From contig OY969814.1 of the NCBI GenBank assembly GCA_963703345.1, positions 640,001 through 704,000 on the forward strand: a DNA stretch of 64,000 nucleotides, given 5' to 3'. This document shows positions 9,364-19,660 of this stretch, piece after piece; within the stretch, counting starts at the first letter, position 1; each line of letters begins with the position of its first letter. The position numbers were made by a program, and so were the translations under genes. This DNA comes from an uncultured Chloroflexia bacterium (GTDB lineage: Bacteria; Chloroflexota; Dehalococcoidia; DSTF01; JALHUB01). The notes under the pieces were generated by a model. The model was given only the letters and a program-made list of their open reading frames with translations. It was not told the DNA's origin and did not search any database.

Positions 9364-10230
9364 CTAGCTATAGGCCAGTCCCGCCATCGAGTACAGCCGC
9401 CTCACCCTCTCCTCGATCGGCGGGTGCGTGCTGAAGAGGTTCGTCATGCCTTGAGCCTTGAACGGGTTGACAATGTACAGGTGCGCCGTCGCCTGCGTTA
9501 CGCCCGTCTCCGGCATCGGCCGCATCTGCACGCCCTGGTGCAGCTTCATCAGAGCGCTGGCCAGCGCCTCCGGATCGTGCACCATCCGAGCGCCCGTCGC
9601 GTCGGCCTGGAACTCCCGCGAGCGCGAGATCGCCATTCGGATCAGCGTCGCCGCAATCGGCGCTAGGATGACCGTCGCCAGGAGCGCGACGATACCGAGT
9701 GGATTGTCGCGGCCGCCGCGCCGTCCGCCGCCGAAGAGGAGGCTCCACTGCAGCATCCAGGCGATCATCGTGATCGCGCCCGCGACCGTCGCCACGACTG
9801 TCGAGATGAGGATGTCGTGGTTGCGGATGTGTCCCAGCTCATGCCCGAGGACGCCGCGCAGCTCCCGCTCGTCGAGGATGCGCGCGATGCCCGTCGTCAC
9901 GGCGACCGCGGCGTGATTGGCGTTGCGGCCGGTGGCGAAGGCGTTCGGCGTATCGGTGTTGATGATGTAGACGCGCGGCTTGGGGATCATCGCCAGGTGC
10001 GCCACCTCGTCGACGATGGCGTGCAATCGCGGCTCCTGCTCCGCCGTCACCTCCTTCGCGCCGGACGCCTTCAGCGCCAGCTTGTCGGAGAACCAGTACG
10101 ACGAGAAGTTGAGCACCGCGGCCAGCACCAGGAAGACGACCATGCCCGAGTAGCCGCCGATGGCCCAGCCGACGGCGACGAGTATCGACGTCAGCAGGGC
10201 GAACAAGAAGAAAGTCTTCAGATTATTCAT
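9364..10230 (-). CDS. htpX: Zinc metalloprotease HtpX (M48)
   Basis: PNAFATG, HELGH, SRSREFQAD and FSTHPP motifs. Start MNNLKT follows GGAGG. Confidence 0.95.
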   Translation of the reverse strand: MNNLKTFFLFALLTSILVAVGWAIGGYSGMVVFLVLAAVLNFSSYWFSDKLALKASGAKEVTAEQEPRLHAIVDEVAHLAMIPKPRVYIINTDTPNAFATGRNANHAAVAVTTGIARILDERELRGVLGHELGHIRNHDILISTVVATVAGAITMIAWMLQWSLLFGGGRRGGRDNPLGIVALLATVILAPIAATLIRMAISRSREFQADATGARMVHDPEALASALMKLHQGVQMRPMPETGVTQATAHLYIVNPFKAQGMTNLFSTHPPIEERVRRLYSMAGLAYS

Positions 10231-10379
10231 TGTCTCCTCCACCCCGTTGGCCGGCCTGTTCACCTGCCTCTGGAGGGCTGTCAGGTGGGCCCAATCGGGG
10301 CAATCCTATCCGCATCTATTATACAGCACCTCGGCCGTACAGCCGCGAACCTGAAGCCGTGCCCGCGGTCGAACAGAAT

Positions 10380-10411
10380 GGGGCTGCCCCGTCAATCGAC
10401 GGGACAGCCCC
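10380..10411 (-). terminator. Stem-loop after the acyl-CoA dehydrogenase operon
   Basis: GGGGCTG(C)CCCGTC-AATC-GACGGG(A)CAGCCCC inverted repeat. Confidence 0.6.
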
Positions 10412-10438
10412 AAAGCTTCGTCTCCTGTCGATGCCGGG

Positions 10439-11575
10439 CTACACGCCCAGCGACTGCGCGACCATCTCCCGGTGGAAATCGGCGTCGCCCCACATCAGGT
10501 CCGCCATCTTCTGACGACGGAAGTAGAGCTGGATCTTGTAGTCCTTCGTAAAGCCGATACCGCCGTGGATCTGCTGGCCGTGCGCCACCACGCGTCGCGT
10601 CGCGTCGTTGGCCCACGCCTTCGCCATGTGCACTGCCTGCACCGCGTCCGGCTCGTCCTCCGCCAGCGACCAGGCCGCGCGGTAGACCATGAAGCGCGCG
10701 CCGTCGCAGTCCGTCACCATGTCCGCGCACTTGTGCTGGATCGCCTGGAAGCTGCCGATCGGCCGGCCGAACTGCACGCGCTCCTTCGCGTAGTTCACCG
10801 TGATCTCGAAGTCCATCTGCGCCAGGCCGACGAGGTAGGCGCTCTCCAGGATAGCCGCCTTCAGCAGCAGCTTGCTGAGGATCGGCCAGCCCTTGTCGAT
10901 CTCGCCGAGGACGTTCGACTTCGGCACCGAAACGTTCTCGAACTTCACCTCGCGCTGCTTGTCGCTGCCGATGGTCAGCAGGGGGATCGTGAGGATGCCG
11001 GGGCTCGTGGAGTCGACGATGACCAGCGTGATGCCGTCCTCGGCGCTGCCGCCCGTCTTCGTCCGCACGGCAACCGTCATGAAGTCGGCGACGTGCGCGT
11101 CGCGGACGAAGAGCTTCGTGCCGTTCAGCACCAGCTTGTCGCCCTCGACTTTCGCCTCCATCTGCACGCCCTCGGCGTCGAAGCGCGCCGACGGCTCCGT
11201 CACCGCCAGCGTCCACATCTCTTCGCCGGCCGCAATCTTGGCCAGGTGCGCCTGCTTCTGCGCGTCCGTGCCCCATCCGAGCAGCGGGATCGCGCCGCCC
11301 ACCTGCGTCGAGAGGAAGGGTCCCGGCACCAGCGCCCGACCGAACTCCTCGGTCAGGACCGCCAGGTCCATGAAGCCCATGCCGCTGCCTCCCTGCTCCG
11401 GCGGGATGATGAGCCCGCACCAGCCCTGGTCGGCCATGCCCCTCCACAATTGCGGCGAATAGCCCTTTTCGTCCTCCTCCATCTCCCGGACGAGGTTCTC
11501 CGTGCACTCCTTCTCCAGGAAGTCGCGCGCAAAGTTCTTGAGCAGCTCTTGCTCTTCGCTAAGACCCAGGTCCAT
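10439..11575 (-). CDS. Acyl-CoA dehydrogenase (FadE27-like partner subunit)
   Basis: RVQFGRPIGSFQAIQH and QIHGGIGFT, with a degenerate C-terminus (WGDADFH). Confidence 0.9.
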   Translation of the reverse strand: MDLGLSEEQELLKNFARDFLEKECTENLVREMEEDEKGYSPQLWRGMADQGWCGLIIPPEQGGSGMGFMDLAVLTEEFGRALVPGPFLSTQVGGAIPLLGWGTDAQKQAHLAKIAAGEEMWTLAVTEPSARFDAEGVQMEAKVEGDKLVLNGTKLFVRDAHVADFMTVAVRTKTGGSAEDGITLVIVDSTSPGILTIPLLTIGSDKQREVKFENVSVPKSNVLGEIDKGWPILSKLLLKAAILESAYLVGLAQMDFEITVNYAKERVQFGRPIGSFQAIQHKCADMVTDCDGARFMVYRAAWSLAEDEPDAVQAVHMAKAWANDATRRVVAHGQQIHGGIGFTKDYKIQLYFRRQKMADLMWGDADFHREMVAQSLGV

Positions 11576-11675
11576 TCTTGGCTCCTTTCCTACTCCGGCT
11601 CTCCCGAGCCGTTCTGCTTCGATTGCGTCTATGTCCGCGGCCGCGACGCCGCAGCGGCGACCGTCTATCCCGTTA

Positions 11676-12206
11676 TCAGACGCCGGCGTCTATCTTTTTC
11701 GCCGGCCAGTCAAATCGAAAGGAAATCTCGCAGCTCCCGTTGCAGGTGTCGCACTCGCCCGTGCCGATGACTTCGGCGGGAATGCCAAGTCCCTCCATCC
11801 AGCCGCGAAAGCGGGTCGGAGCGGCGCAACGGTAGGTGGACAGTCCGCCTGATTTGCGGACGTTATCCCACACGTAGCAATGCAGTATGCGTCCGACCAT
11901 CAGGTCATCCGCGGCGATCTCGATTTCCGTCTTGTGCTGTTCAAGCCAGTAGAGCGGGCCGGCCATCTCGATGAACTCCTTGAAGTCTCGCGCGCTCGCG
12001 ATCTCCGTGCCGGTCCGGTCCATCAGCTCTCTAGCCTCTTTCTTTCCCATCGATTTGACCACGATCATGTTCATCTTGTTGGCGATTTCGAATCCGAACT
12101 CCTCGGCCGTCTTCAGGAACCACCGCCCGTCGTGGGCGACCCACAAGTCCCGCAACAGCGCTTCTTTTTCCGTGGGTGAGAGCTCCGCTCTCATGGAAGA
12201 CATCAT
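11676..12206 (-). CDS. DUF6125-like protein
   Basis: LWVAHDGRWF motif and conserved Cys residues. Lies inside the operon. Confidence 0.6.
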   Translation of the reverse strand: MMSSMRAELSPTEKEALLRDLWVAHDGRWFLKTAEEFGFEIANKMNMIVVKSMGKKEARELMDRTGTEIASARDFKEFIEMAGPLYWLEQHKTEIEIAADDLMVGRILHCYVWDNVRKSGGLSTYRCAAPTRFRGWMEGLGIPAEVIGTGECDTCNGSCEISFRFDWPAKKIDAGV

Positions 12207-12224
12207 GTCGTTCCGCCTTCGCGC

Positions 12225-13400
12225 TCAGTCCCTCGAAAGGCCGAGGCCCCTCTGCGCGATGATGTTGCGCTGTATTTCCGACGTGCCCGCCTCGATGGTG
12301 TACCCGACCGACCGCAGGTACTGGTGCGACCAGGCGCCCATGTGCGGCGCCTTCTCGTCGCCCGACATGAGCTGCGCGTACATCCCCATGACGTTCATCT
12401 TCGTGCGGGCGATACGCTGGTGCAGCTCCGCCGAGAACACCTTCACCACCGACGCCTCGTAGTTGGGGATAAGGCCGCGGTTCTGCATGCTGGCGATGCG
12501 GTAGGAAAGCATGCGCCCCACCTCCGCCTCGATCAGGCGGTCCGCCAGCTCCAGCCGCAACAGCGGGTTCATGTCCAGCACGGAGATCAGGAGCTTGCGG
12601 TACTGTACCGCGTAGTCGATCAGGTCCTCCACCTCTTGCCGCATGCCAACCGCTGAGCCAACGCTGGAGCGCTCAAAGTCGAGCGTCGTCATGCCGACGT
12701 ACCAGCCGCGGTTCTCCTGCCCGACGATGTTCTCCTTCGGAACGCGGACGTTGTCGAAGAACACCTCGTTGAACTCGCGAGTGTCCGCCATGTTGGTGAG
12801 GCCGCGGACTTCGATGCCCGGCGACTTCATGTCCACGACGAAGTACGTTATCCCCTTGTGCTTCGGCGCGTCCGGGTCCGTGCGCGCCAGGCAGATCATC
12901 CACCTCGCCATGTGGGCGATGGTGCTCCAGATCTTCTGGCCGTTCAGCACGTAGTCGTCTCCGTCCTTCACCGCCCGCGTTCGCAGGGAAGCGAGGTCGG
13001 AGCCCGCCTCCGGCTCGGAGTAGCCCTGGCACCAGATGTCGGTGCCGGCGAGAACGCCGGGCAGCCAGCGCTTCTTCTGCTCCTCGTTCCCGTGGACGAT
13101 GATGGTCGGTCCCGCCAGTCCCAGGCCGATGACCAGGTGAGCGGGGCGCGGCGCCCGATGGCTTGCCATCTCCTCGTTGAAGATAAACTGCTCGATCTGG
13201 CTCATGCCGGCGCCGCCGTACTCCTTCGGCCAGGCCGGAGCGATCCAGCCGCGCTCAGCCAGTTTCTTGAACCAGCTCTGTCCTTTTTCTGCCAGCATCT
13301 CATACGACATTCCCGGCTGGGCGCGCGGCGCTTCCTTCTCAATGAAGTCCACAACCGCTTTCCGAAACGCCGCCTCTTCCGGTGAATCTCTAAGGTCCAC
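12225..13400 (-). CDS. Acyl-CoA dehydrogenase (FadE26-like)
   Basis: WCQGYSEPEAGSDLASL, NGQKIW and IEAGTSEIQRN motifs. Confidence 0.93.
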   Translation of the reverse strand: MDLRDSPEEAAFRKAVVDFIEKEAPRAQPGMSYEMLAEKGQSWFKKLAERGWIAPAWPKEYGGAGMSQIEQFIFNEEMASHRAPRPAHLVIGLGLAGPTIIVHGNEEQKKRWLPGVLAGTDIWCQGYSEPEAGSDLASLRTRAVKDGDDYVLNGQKIWSTIAHMARWMICLARTDPDAPKHKGITYFVVDMKSPGIEVRGLTNMADTREFNEVFFDNVRVPKENIVGQENRGWYVGMTTLDFERSSVGSAVGMRQEVEDLIDYAVQYRKLLISVLDMNPLLRLELADRLIEAEVGRMLSYRIASMQNRGLIPNYEASVVKVFSAELHQRIARTKMNVMGMYAQLMSGDEKAPHMGAWSHQYLRSVGYTIEAGTSEIQRNIIAQRGLGLSRD

Positions 13401-13414
13401 TGCGGTTCTCCTCG

Positions 13415-14209
13415 CTAGTCCTGACGGTGGAAGTCAGGCTCGCGACGTTCCATGAACGCCCGGATCCCCTCGCGGTGCTCAGCCGTCAACATGCACTCGG
13501 CGAAGGCCGCTGTCTCGCGCTCGAGGGCATCGGCGTAGTCGCCGTCGAGGTTCCGGTAGATGATCTCCTTCGCCTTTCTCAACGCGAAAGGAGGCCTCTT
13601 AGCGATGATGGAGGCGACATTCATCGCTTCCTCCATCAGGCGGTCGTCCGGCACGACGCGGTTGACCAGTCCCATCTCCAGCGCCTCTTGCGCGCCGAAC
13701 GTTCGCGGCATGTAGACGAGCTCGCACGCCTTCGCCAGCCCTATCATCCGTGGCAACAGATATGAGGAGCCGAACTCCGGCGTCAGGCCGACGTTCAGGA
13801 ACTGGGTGTTGAGACGCGCGCCCTCGGCGGCGATGCGCATGTCGCAGTTCATCGGCAGGGTGACGCCGATGCCCATGGCATAGCCGTGAACCGCGGCAAT
13901 GCTGGGCTTGCCAAAATGAAGCAGCTCGATGAGCGATGGGAAGTCGCTGGCAACGCGCTCGGTCTGAATTCCGGCATCCTGGGCATCCGCGCGTAGCTTG
14001 AACTCGCCGATATCCGCGCCGGCGCAGAAAGCACGGCCCGCGCCCTTGAACAGCACAACGCCGACGCCCTTGTCCTCATTGGCGTCGACCAGCGCCTGCG
14101 CCACCTCGACGGCCATCTGCTGCGTCCAGGCGTTCAGCTTCTCCGGCCGGTTCAGCGTAACGACGGCGATGCGGTCCCGTTTCTCGTACAGAATTGCGCC
14201 GTAAGCCAC
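13415..14209 (-). CDS. Enoyl-CoA hydratase/isomerase
   Basis: LNRPEKLNA, FCAGADI and GLTPEFGSS motifs. GTG start at 14209. Confidence 0.9.
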   Translation of the reverse strand: MAYGAILYEKRDRIAVVTLNRPEKLNAWTQQMAVEVAQALVDANEDKGVGVVLFKGAGRAFCAGADIGEFKLRADAQDAGIQTERVASDFPSLIELLHFGKPSIAAVHGYAMGIGVTLPMNCDMRIAAEGARLNTQFLNVGLTPEFGSSYLLPRMIGLAKACELVYMPRTFGAQEALEMGLVNRVVPDDRLMEEAMNVASIIAKRPPFALRKAKEIIYRNLDGDYADALERETAAFAECMLTAEHREGIRAFMERREPDFHRQD

Positions 14210-14223
14210 AGCATTCCCCTCTT

Positions 14224-15390
14224 CTACTCGCGGGGAAGCCCCAGGCCGCGCTGCGCCATAAGGTTCCGCTGGATCTCGTTGCTGCCCGCGTAGATCGTCT
14301 CGCCGATGGTCCACAGGTAGAGGTACTTGATCCGTCCCCCGATCTGCGACCACGGGGACTTCGCGTCCAGGCCGCCGTACAGGCCCATGATGTCCATACC
14401 CGTGCGGGCCAGCCTCTGGTGCAGCTCAGTTCCGAAGGTCTTTGCCATCGACGCCTGGTAGGCGGGGATCAGCCCCTTCGTCTGCATGTAGGCGACGTTG
14501 TAGTTGATCAGCGTCGCAACCTCGATCTCGATAGCCATCTCAGCCAGCTTGTGCTTGACTACGGGGTCGTCGGCGATGGGCTTTCCGTTCCGCTTCGTCA
14601 CCTTCGCCCACTTCACCAGCTCCTCCAGCGTCTTCGCCGACTCGGCGGCAAAGCTGATCGAGGACCTCTCGAAGTCCAGCGTCGTCATGGCCACGTACCA
14701 GCCGCGGTTCTCTTCGCCAATCATCTGGTCCTTGGGCACGCGGACGTTGTCAAAGTAGGTGTCCGTGAAGCCGGAGAAGCCGGCCATGTTGACGATGGGC
14801 ATGACTGTGATGCCCGGCGATTTCATATCGCAGACGAAGTAGGAGATGCCGCGGTGCTTCGGCGAGTTGACGTCCGTCCGCGCCATCACGTGGATCCAGT
14901 CACCGACCGTGCCGGCCGAAGTCCACGTCTTCTGGCCGTTGAGGATGTAGTCGTCCCCGTCCTTCACCGCGCGAAGCTGCAGGCTCGCCAGGTCGGAGCC
15001 GGCGTTCGGCTCGCTGAAGCCCTGCGCCCAGATGACCTCGCACTTGGCAATCGGCGGCAAGAAGCGCTTCTTCTGCTCCTCGGTCCCGTGGACCATGATG
15101 CAGGGGCCGATCATGTGCACGCCCTGCCCGTCGAGGATGCGGGCGCCGACGTAGGACATCTCCTCGCGCAGGATGATCTGCTTCATATGCGTGGAGCCGC
15201 CGCCGCCGTACTCCTTTGGCCAGTGCATTGTGCGCCAGCCCTTGTCGGCCATCTTCTTCTCGAAGGCGCGCGCCTGTTCGAACACCTCCGGGTCTTCAAC
15301 GTCGATGTAGCCGAGCGTCCACTCCTTGCGCAGGAACGCCCGTACCTCCTGTCGAAAGGCTTCTTCTTCTTCCGTGAACTTGAAGTCCAT
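14224..15390 (-). CDS. Acyl-CoA dehydrogenase (FadE26-like)
   Basis: QGFSEPNAGSDLASL and IYAGSNEIQRN motifs. Confidence 0.93.
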   Translation of the reverse strand: MDFKFTEEEEAFRQEVRAFLRKEWTLGYIDVEDPEVFEQARAFEKKMADKGWRTMHWPKEYGGGGSTHMKQIILREEMSYVGARILDGQGVHMIGPCIMVHGTEEQKKRFLPPIAKCEVIWAQGFSEPNAGSDLASLQLRAVKDGDDYILNGQKTWTSAGTVGDWIHVMARTDVNSPKHRGISYFVCDMKSPGITVMPIVNMAGFSGFTDTYFDNVRVPKDQMIGEENRGWYVAMTTLDFERSSISFAAESAKTLEELVKWAKVTKRNGKPIADDPVVKHKLAEMAIEIEVATLINYNVAYMQTKGLIPAYQASMAKTFGTELHQRLARTGMDIMGLYGGLDAKSPWSQIGGRIKYLYLWTIGETIYAGSNEIQRNLMAQRGLGLPRE

Positions 15391-15499
15391 ACTTAAGCCC
15401 CCTCTTCACTAGGACCAACTGATGGGTTGGCGTGACTCAATGGGATATCGCTTCTCCTTTCCCGAGGGATTGATGCCCCCGCTATGGCAAATTGCCGCT

Positions 15500-16195
15500 T
15501 CATGTCGCTATCCCTTCCATTGAGGAGGGGACGATTGGCAGATGGTCGTAAGGCAACGTTGCGGTGATCGATCGGAGCCGTCCCTCCGGCAAGTCGGCGC
15601 GTATAGCGTCGATAAGCATATGCACCCACGCCTCCACCTTCTGACGCGTGAGATCGCTGTCGAAGCCAAGGAGGTGCCTCGCGTCCAGCATCAATCCCAT
15701 CCCCAGGAAATGCCAGGCAAATGCGCGGGCGTCGACATTGGCTCGCACCAGGCCGCGCTTCTTGCCGTCCTCCACCAGTTCAGCAAAGAGCTCGACAAAC
15801 GAGGAGTAGTTCTCCCGTAGGGCCAGCCGGATCTCCGCGTCGTCCGCCTCGACGAGCGCCTGGAACTGGAGCTTCATGACTGCCGAGTGGCTCTTCAGGT
15901 GGTCGTAGTAACTCACGCCGATGCTCCAGAGCGTCTCCAGCGGGTCGTCCACCTCCGAGGCGATGCGATTCCAGCTTTCGATTAGCCTGGGCGCGGTGGT
16001 CCTGAGCGTGGAGAGGAAGAGCGCCTTCTTACTGGGGAAATAGCGGTAGAGGGCGGGCTCCGAGATGCCGGCGGCCCTGGCGAGGTCCGCGGTGCTCACC
16101 TTCCAATAGTTCGACGCAGCGAAAGCGACCCTGGCGCTCTCGATGATGAGCTTCTTGCGTTCGACGGCGGGTAGCCTTCTTGCTCGCGTTGTCAT
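15500..16195 (-). CDS. TetR/AcrR family regulator
   Basis: N-terminal HTH LARAAGISEPALYRYFPSK. Confidence 0.92.
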   Translation of the reverse strand: MTTRARRLPAVERKKLIIESARVAFAASNYWKVSTADLARAAGISEPALYRYFPSKKALFLSTLRTTAPRLIESWNRIASEVDDPLETLWSIGVSYYDHLKSHSAVMKLQFQALVEADDAEIRLALRENYSSFVELFAELVEDGKKRGLVRANVDARAFAWHFLGMGLMLDARHLLGFDSDLTRQKVEAWVHMLIDAIRADLPEGRLRSITATLPYDHLPIVPSSMEGIAT

Positions 16196-16199
16196 TTGT

Positions 16200-16264
16200 T
16201 AGTGAACACTCACTACTAAGACTGAGAGCGCAGAAAAGCTACCACCAAGGCCGTTTATCGTCAA
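16200..16264 (-). promoter_or_regulatory. Promoter and palindromic operator of the TetR-ACAD operon
   Basis: TTGACG-N17-TAGCTT on the minus strand. TAGTGA-ACAC-TCACTA palindrome at 16200-16215. Confidence 0.7.
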
Positions 16265-16517
16265 GCGGTCTGAGGACGCCGAGCGGGGGGCTGTCTCAAG
16301 CTATGCCCTGAACGGGGCTAGGTAACGACTTCCATAGATGGTCGGACACAACGACGACCCCCCACTTGGACTCGGAACCCGAGAGTGGATGTAACCGCAA
16401 TCATACGCGGTCGCCCGGCTTCAAATTCCTGAACTCCCGCTACCATTCGGCCCATAGACCTGCCAGCCCTCCTCTATAGGTTCCCCTTACAAACCGCGCT
16501 CCGGCCACCTTTCCGCG

Positions 16518-16545
16518 TTGACAACACTTTACCTAGTGCTATAAT
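16518..16545 (+). promoter_or_regulatory. Near-consensus sigma70 promoter
   Basis: TTGACA-N16-TATAAT with an extended TG. Confidence 0.7.
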
Positions 16546-16677
16546 CGCTGCATTCGCGACTTGACATCGACCGAAGAAACACAAACATAGGCGGCAGAGC
16601 GACCAGCCGTACTACCTCGTTACATCGGTGCGCTTAAACGGGCGCAATTCTGAACAACCATCCAGGGCAAGATAAGC

Positions 16678-18267
16678 GTGAGCAGTCAATTGCAGCTGAA
16701 TGATTCTCGGATAGACAAACTGACCAGCCTAATCAAGGACAGCTTTCGGGTTCGTCCGAATCAAGACCCATTGTACGTGCCTATAAGCGACCACCTAGAA
16801 CGTCTGAAGGCCAAACAGCATCAGATAATCTTCGGCAGGCGGGGGTCTGGAAAGTCCTGCCTGCTCGTCCATTACCACAGAAGTGAGAAGAAGAGTGAGG
16901 GAGTCCTCTCGCTCTACATCGAAGCGGACGAAATAAAGACGCTGCCTTATCCTGATCTCTTGATAAGGCTATTGCTCTCCATCGGTGAGCAATTTCGTTC
17001 CGCTTCTCATGGTGCCATCGCCCGATTGTTCAGGCTTGAGTCCGGACGGTTGAGAAGGGAGCTACGGGCGCTGCGTGCGCTTCTTGATGAAGCGGAAGTT
17101 GCCGAAGTTTCGCGCGAAGTGGGCGGGAAATCATCTTCTTCAACAGGGCTGCGTGTCGGAGCTGGTGGAGCGGTTCTTGACGCAGGCCACTCGGCCGAGG
17201 AGGCTACTCACAAGACGACGGCATTCACAGAGAGAAAGATTGAGAACCTCGAACGCCATTTGCAGGATTACAAGGCGGCACTTGTCAACGCTTTGAGAAA
17301 GTCACGATTCCGACATGTCGCCATAATCATCGACGACTTCTATCTAATAGAGTCGCGCCGGCAACCGGACGTAATTGACTACTTGCACCGCCTCTTGCGG
17401 GGAACCGAGTTCTACCTAAAAGTGGGTACGGTGCGCCATCGGACCTCTCTCGTTCGTCACGATGGGTCACAGACTATCGGTGTCGAGCTTGCCCAAGACG
17501 TGGAAGAAATCAGCTTGGACAAGACATTTGAGGACCTAGACGAAACCAGACGGTACTTGGCGAGGATGCTGGATTTGATGGCAGCTAAGGTCGGTCTGCA
17601 GAACCTCACGCAGAGCGATATCATAAGCGAGGATGGGCTCTTGGCGCTCACACTCGCGTCTGGAGGTGTCCCTCGTGACTTCCTTACTATATTCGTGGAG
17701 GCAGTCGGTGCGGCGAGAGACAGGGGCTGGCCCCGCATAACGCCAACGAGCGTCTACAGAGGCGCAGGTCGGGTGTCCTACAGAACCAAGCTCACAAGTC
17801 TGCGAAGTGATGCGGGAACCGAGGCAACCGGACTGGAGAGGGTATTCACAGACCTCACAACCTATTGTCTAAGAGAGAAACGAAAGACCGCGTTCCTAGT
17901 GTCGCAAGATGACGCCGGAACGTACAAAGATGTTCATGAACTCATCCAGCAATTGATGGACTTCAAGCTTATTCACGTAATAGAGCCTGACACTTCTGCA
18001 GCGTCTGGAAGGTCAGGTCGCTATGAAGCTTACACCCTCGATTGGTCGCTCTTCATGGAGCCTCGGCTTCGAAACATCGAACATGTCGAATTCTGGCTGA
18101 CCGATGAGCAGCGTCGGAGACGAGGCCTTAGGGAAGCGCCCGTGTATTCACTTCGGCGCGCCAGCGATGTCCTCGTAGCTCAGGATGTACAGAGTCCCGA
18201 GCAGACAATGTCGGATATCCAAGCTGGGGAGGCTGTCGCGGACGACGTAGAATCCGATGAGGTGTAG
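16678..18267 (+). CDS. P-loop ATPase (AAA+/ORC-Cdc6-like), probably horizontally acquired
   Basis: Walker A GRRGSGKS, Walker B IIIDD and SGGVPRD. Atypical codon usage. Confidence 0.8.
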   Translation: MSSQLQLNDSRIDKLTSLIKDSFRVRPNQDPLYVPISDHLERLKAKQHQIIFGRRGSGKSCLLVHYHRSEKKSEGVLSLYIEADEIKTLPYPDLLIRLLLSIGEQFRSASHGAIARLFRLESGRLRRELRALRALLDEAEVAEVSREVGGKSSSSTGLRVGAGGAVLDAGHSAEEATHKTTAFTERKIENLERHLQDYKAALVNALRKSRFRHVAIIIDDFYLIESRRQPDVIDYLHRLLRGTEFYLKVGTVRHRTSLVRHDGSQTIGVELAQDVEEISLDKTFEDLDETRRYLARMLDLMAAKVGLQNLTQSDIISEDGLLALTLASGGVPRDFLTIFVEAVGAARDRGWPRITPTSVYRGAGRVSYRTKLTSLRSDAGTEATGLERVFTDLTTYCLREKRKTAFLVSQDDAGTYKDVHELIQQLMDFKLIHVIEPDTSAASGRSGRYEAYTLDWSLFMEPRLRNIEHVEFWLTDEQRRRRGLREAPVYSLRRASDVLVAQDVQSPEQTMSDIQAGEAVADDVESDEV

Positions 18268-18415
18268 GCTACCACTTACAAGAAGGCGTTGGCCAGGCTA
18301 ACTCGCCCCGCTTGCGATATCGCTCGAGACCCCCTACAATCCTGTCGTCAGATGCCACGCGGGCAAGACCGCAGGATTCGCCCTCGCAGAGCGACATCTG
18401 ACCTGCGCTGACTCC

Positions 18416-19069
18416 TCATCCCTCTTCCGACTCCCGACGCCGCTCCTCGTCCTCCCGCGCCGCCTCCACCTCCGCCTCGAACGCCTCCTCCGGCGACTTG
18501 TCCGGCGCCTCCGGCTTCGGCATTCGCGCCTTCAGCCGCGACCCCAGCAGCGCGTAGAAGTTCACCCCCAGATAGTGCAGCGGCTTCGCGTCGTCGTCGT
18601 TCAAGAGCCACGTCCCGTCGAACGCCTCCGCTTCCGCCGACGCCGCCAGCACCTGTCCGACGAACAGCATGTGGTCGCCCGTGCGCAGCGTGTCCTCCAC
18701 GCCGCACTCTACGTACGCCACGCAGCCTTCGATGAGCGGCGCCTCCACCCGCGTCGCCTTGAACGTCGGCAGCTTCGTCAGCTCCAGCTTGTCGACATCC
18801 GCGCCGCTCACGCTGCCCAGGTACTGGACGTGATGCAGCAGGCGGCGACCGGGGATATTGAGCGCGAACTGCTCGCTGTAGCGGATCATATCGTAGCTGT
18901 GCCGGGTAGGGCTTATCGCCACGCCCACCAGGGGAGGATCGAAGCTCAGTGGGGTGACGAACGCCGCCGGCATCACGTTGCTCTTGCCGTGCCAGCTACT
19001 CGTCACCAGCGTCACCGGTCCGCCGCCCAGCAGGCGACGGGCGTCCGTTTCCGCGACCGGCCGTCTCAT
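18416..19069 (-). CDS. Flavin reductase family protein
   Basis: SFDPPLV, FALNIP and GDHMLFVGQV motifs. Confidence 0.88.
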   Translation of the reverse strand: MRRPVAETDARRLLGGGPVTLVTSSWHGKSNVMPAAFVTPLSFDPPLVGVAISPTRHSYDMIRYSEQFALNIPGRRLLHHVQYLGSVSGADVDKLELTKLPTFKATRVEAPLIEGCVAYVECGVEDTLRTGDHMLFVGQVLAASAEAEAFDGTWLLNDDDAKPLHYLGVNFYALLGSRLKARMPKPEAPDKSPEEAFEAEVEAAREDEERRRESEEG

Positions 19070-19566
19070 AGTCCTCCTCCCTCCGTCGCTTCGCCAAGCC
19101 CCTCCACCGCCTGCCGGTCCGACGCCGAGAACGCGCAGAGTGTGCATTCGACGTCCGGGTACTCCGCCATGGCCCGCGCCATCGCCCGCGCCACCTCTCG
19201 CGCCGGCACGCCGACGATCCCGGCGCCGAGAAGCGGAAAAGCGACGCTCTTGAGCCCCAACTCCCGGCAGAGCTCCAGCGCCGACCGCGTTCCCGCGTAG
19301 ATGTCGTCAATGCTGGCCCCCCGTCCGTGCGCGTAGTCGATCGTAGGGACGTGAATGACGTAGCGCGCCTGCAGCTTTCCCGCCGTCGTCGCGACCGCCT
19401 TCCCCAGGTCGCACCAGCCGATGCGGTCGCTCTCCTCCTGGATCACGCGACCGCCCGCTCGCACGATCGCCGCCGCCACGCCGCCGCCGTGCCGGAGCTG
19501 CGTGTTTGCCGCGTTCACAATCGCGTCCGCCGCCGTCTCCGTGACCGGCCCGTAGTAGATGCGCAT
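19066..19566 (-). CDS. Macro domain protein
   Basis: DAIVNAAN, GGGVAAAI and SVAFPLLGAGI motifs. Confidence 0.9.
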   Translation of the reverse strand: MRIYYGPVTETAADAIVNAANTQLRHGGGVAAAIVRAGGRVIQEESDRIGWCDLGKAVATTAGKLQARYVIHVPTIDYAHGRGASIDDIYAGTRSALELCRELGLKSVAFPLLGAGIVGVPAREVARAMARAMAEYPDVECTLCAFSASDRQAVEGLGEATEGGGL

Positions 19567-19660
19567 TCGCGACCGCCTCCTTCGGAAGAAAGCTACCCTC
19601 GCCACAGGCTCGTTCAAATGATAACATCTCTTACAACGAACATAGCCAGGGAGTCCGACC

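Noticed and set aside
10392-15396. Long antisense and alternate-frame ORFs over the ACAD genes (and similarly over thiL and lon)
   Set aside because: Typical high-GC shadow ORFs with no motifs.
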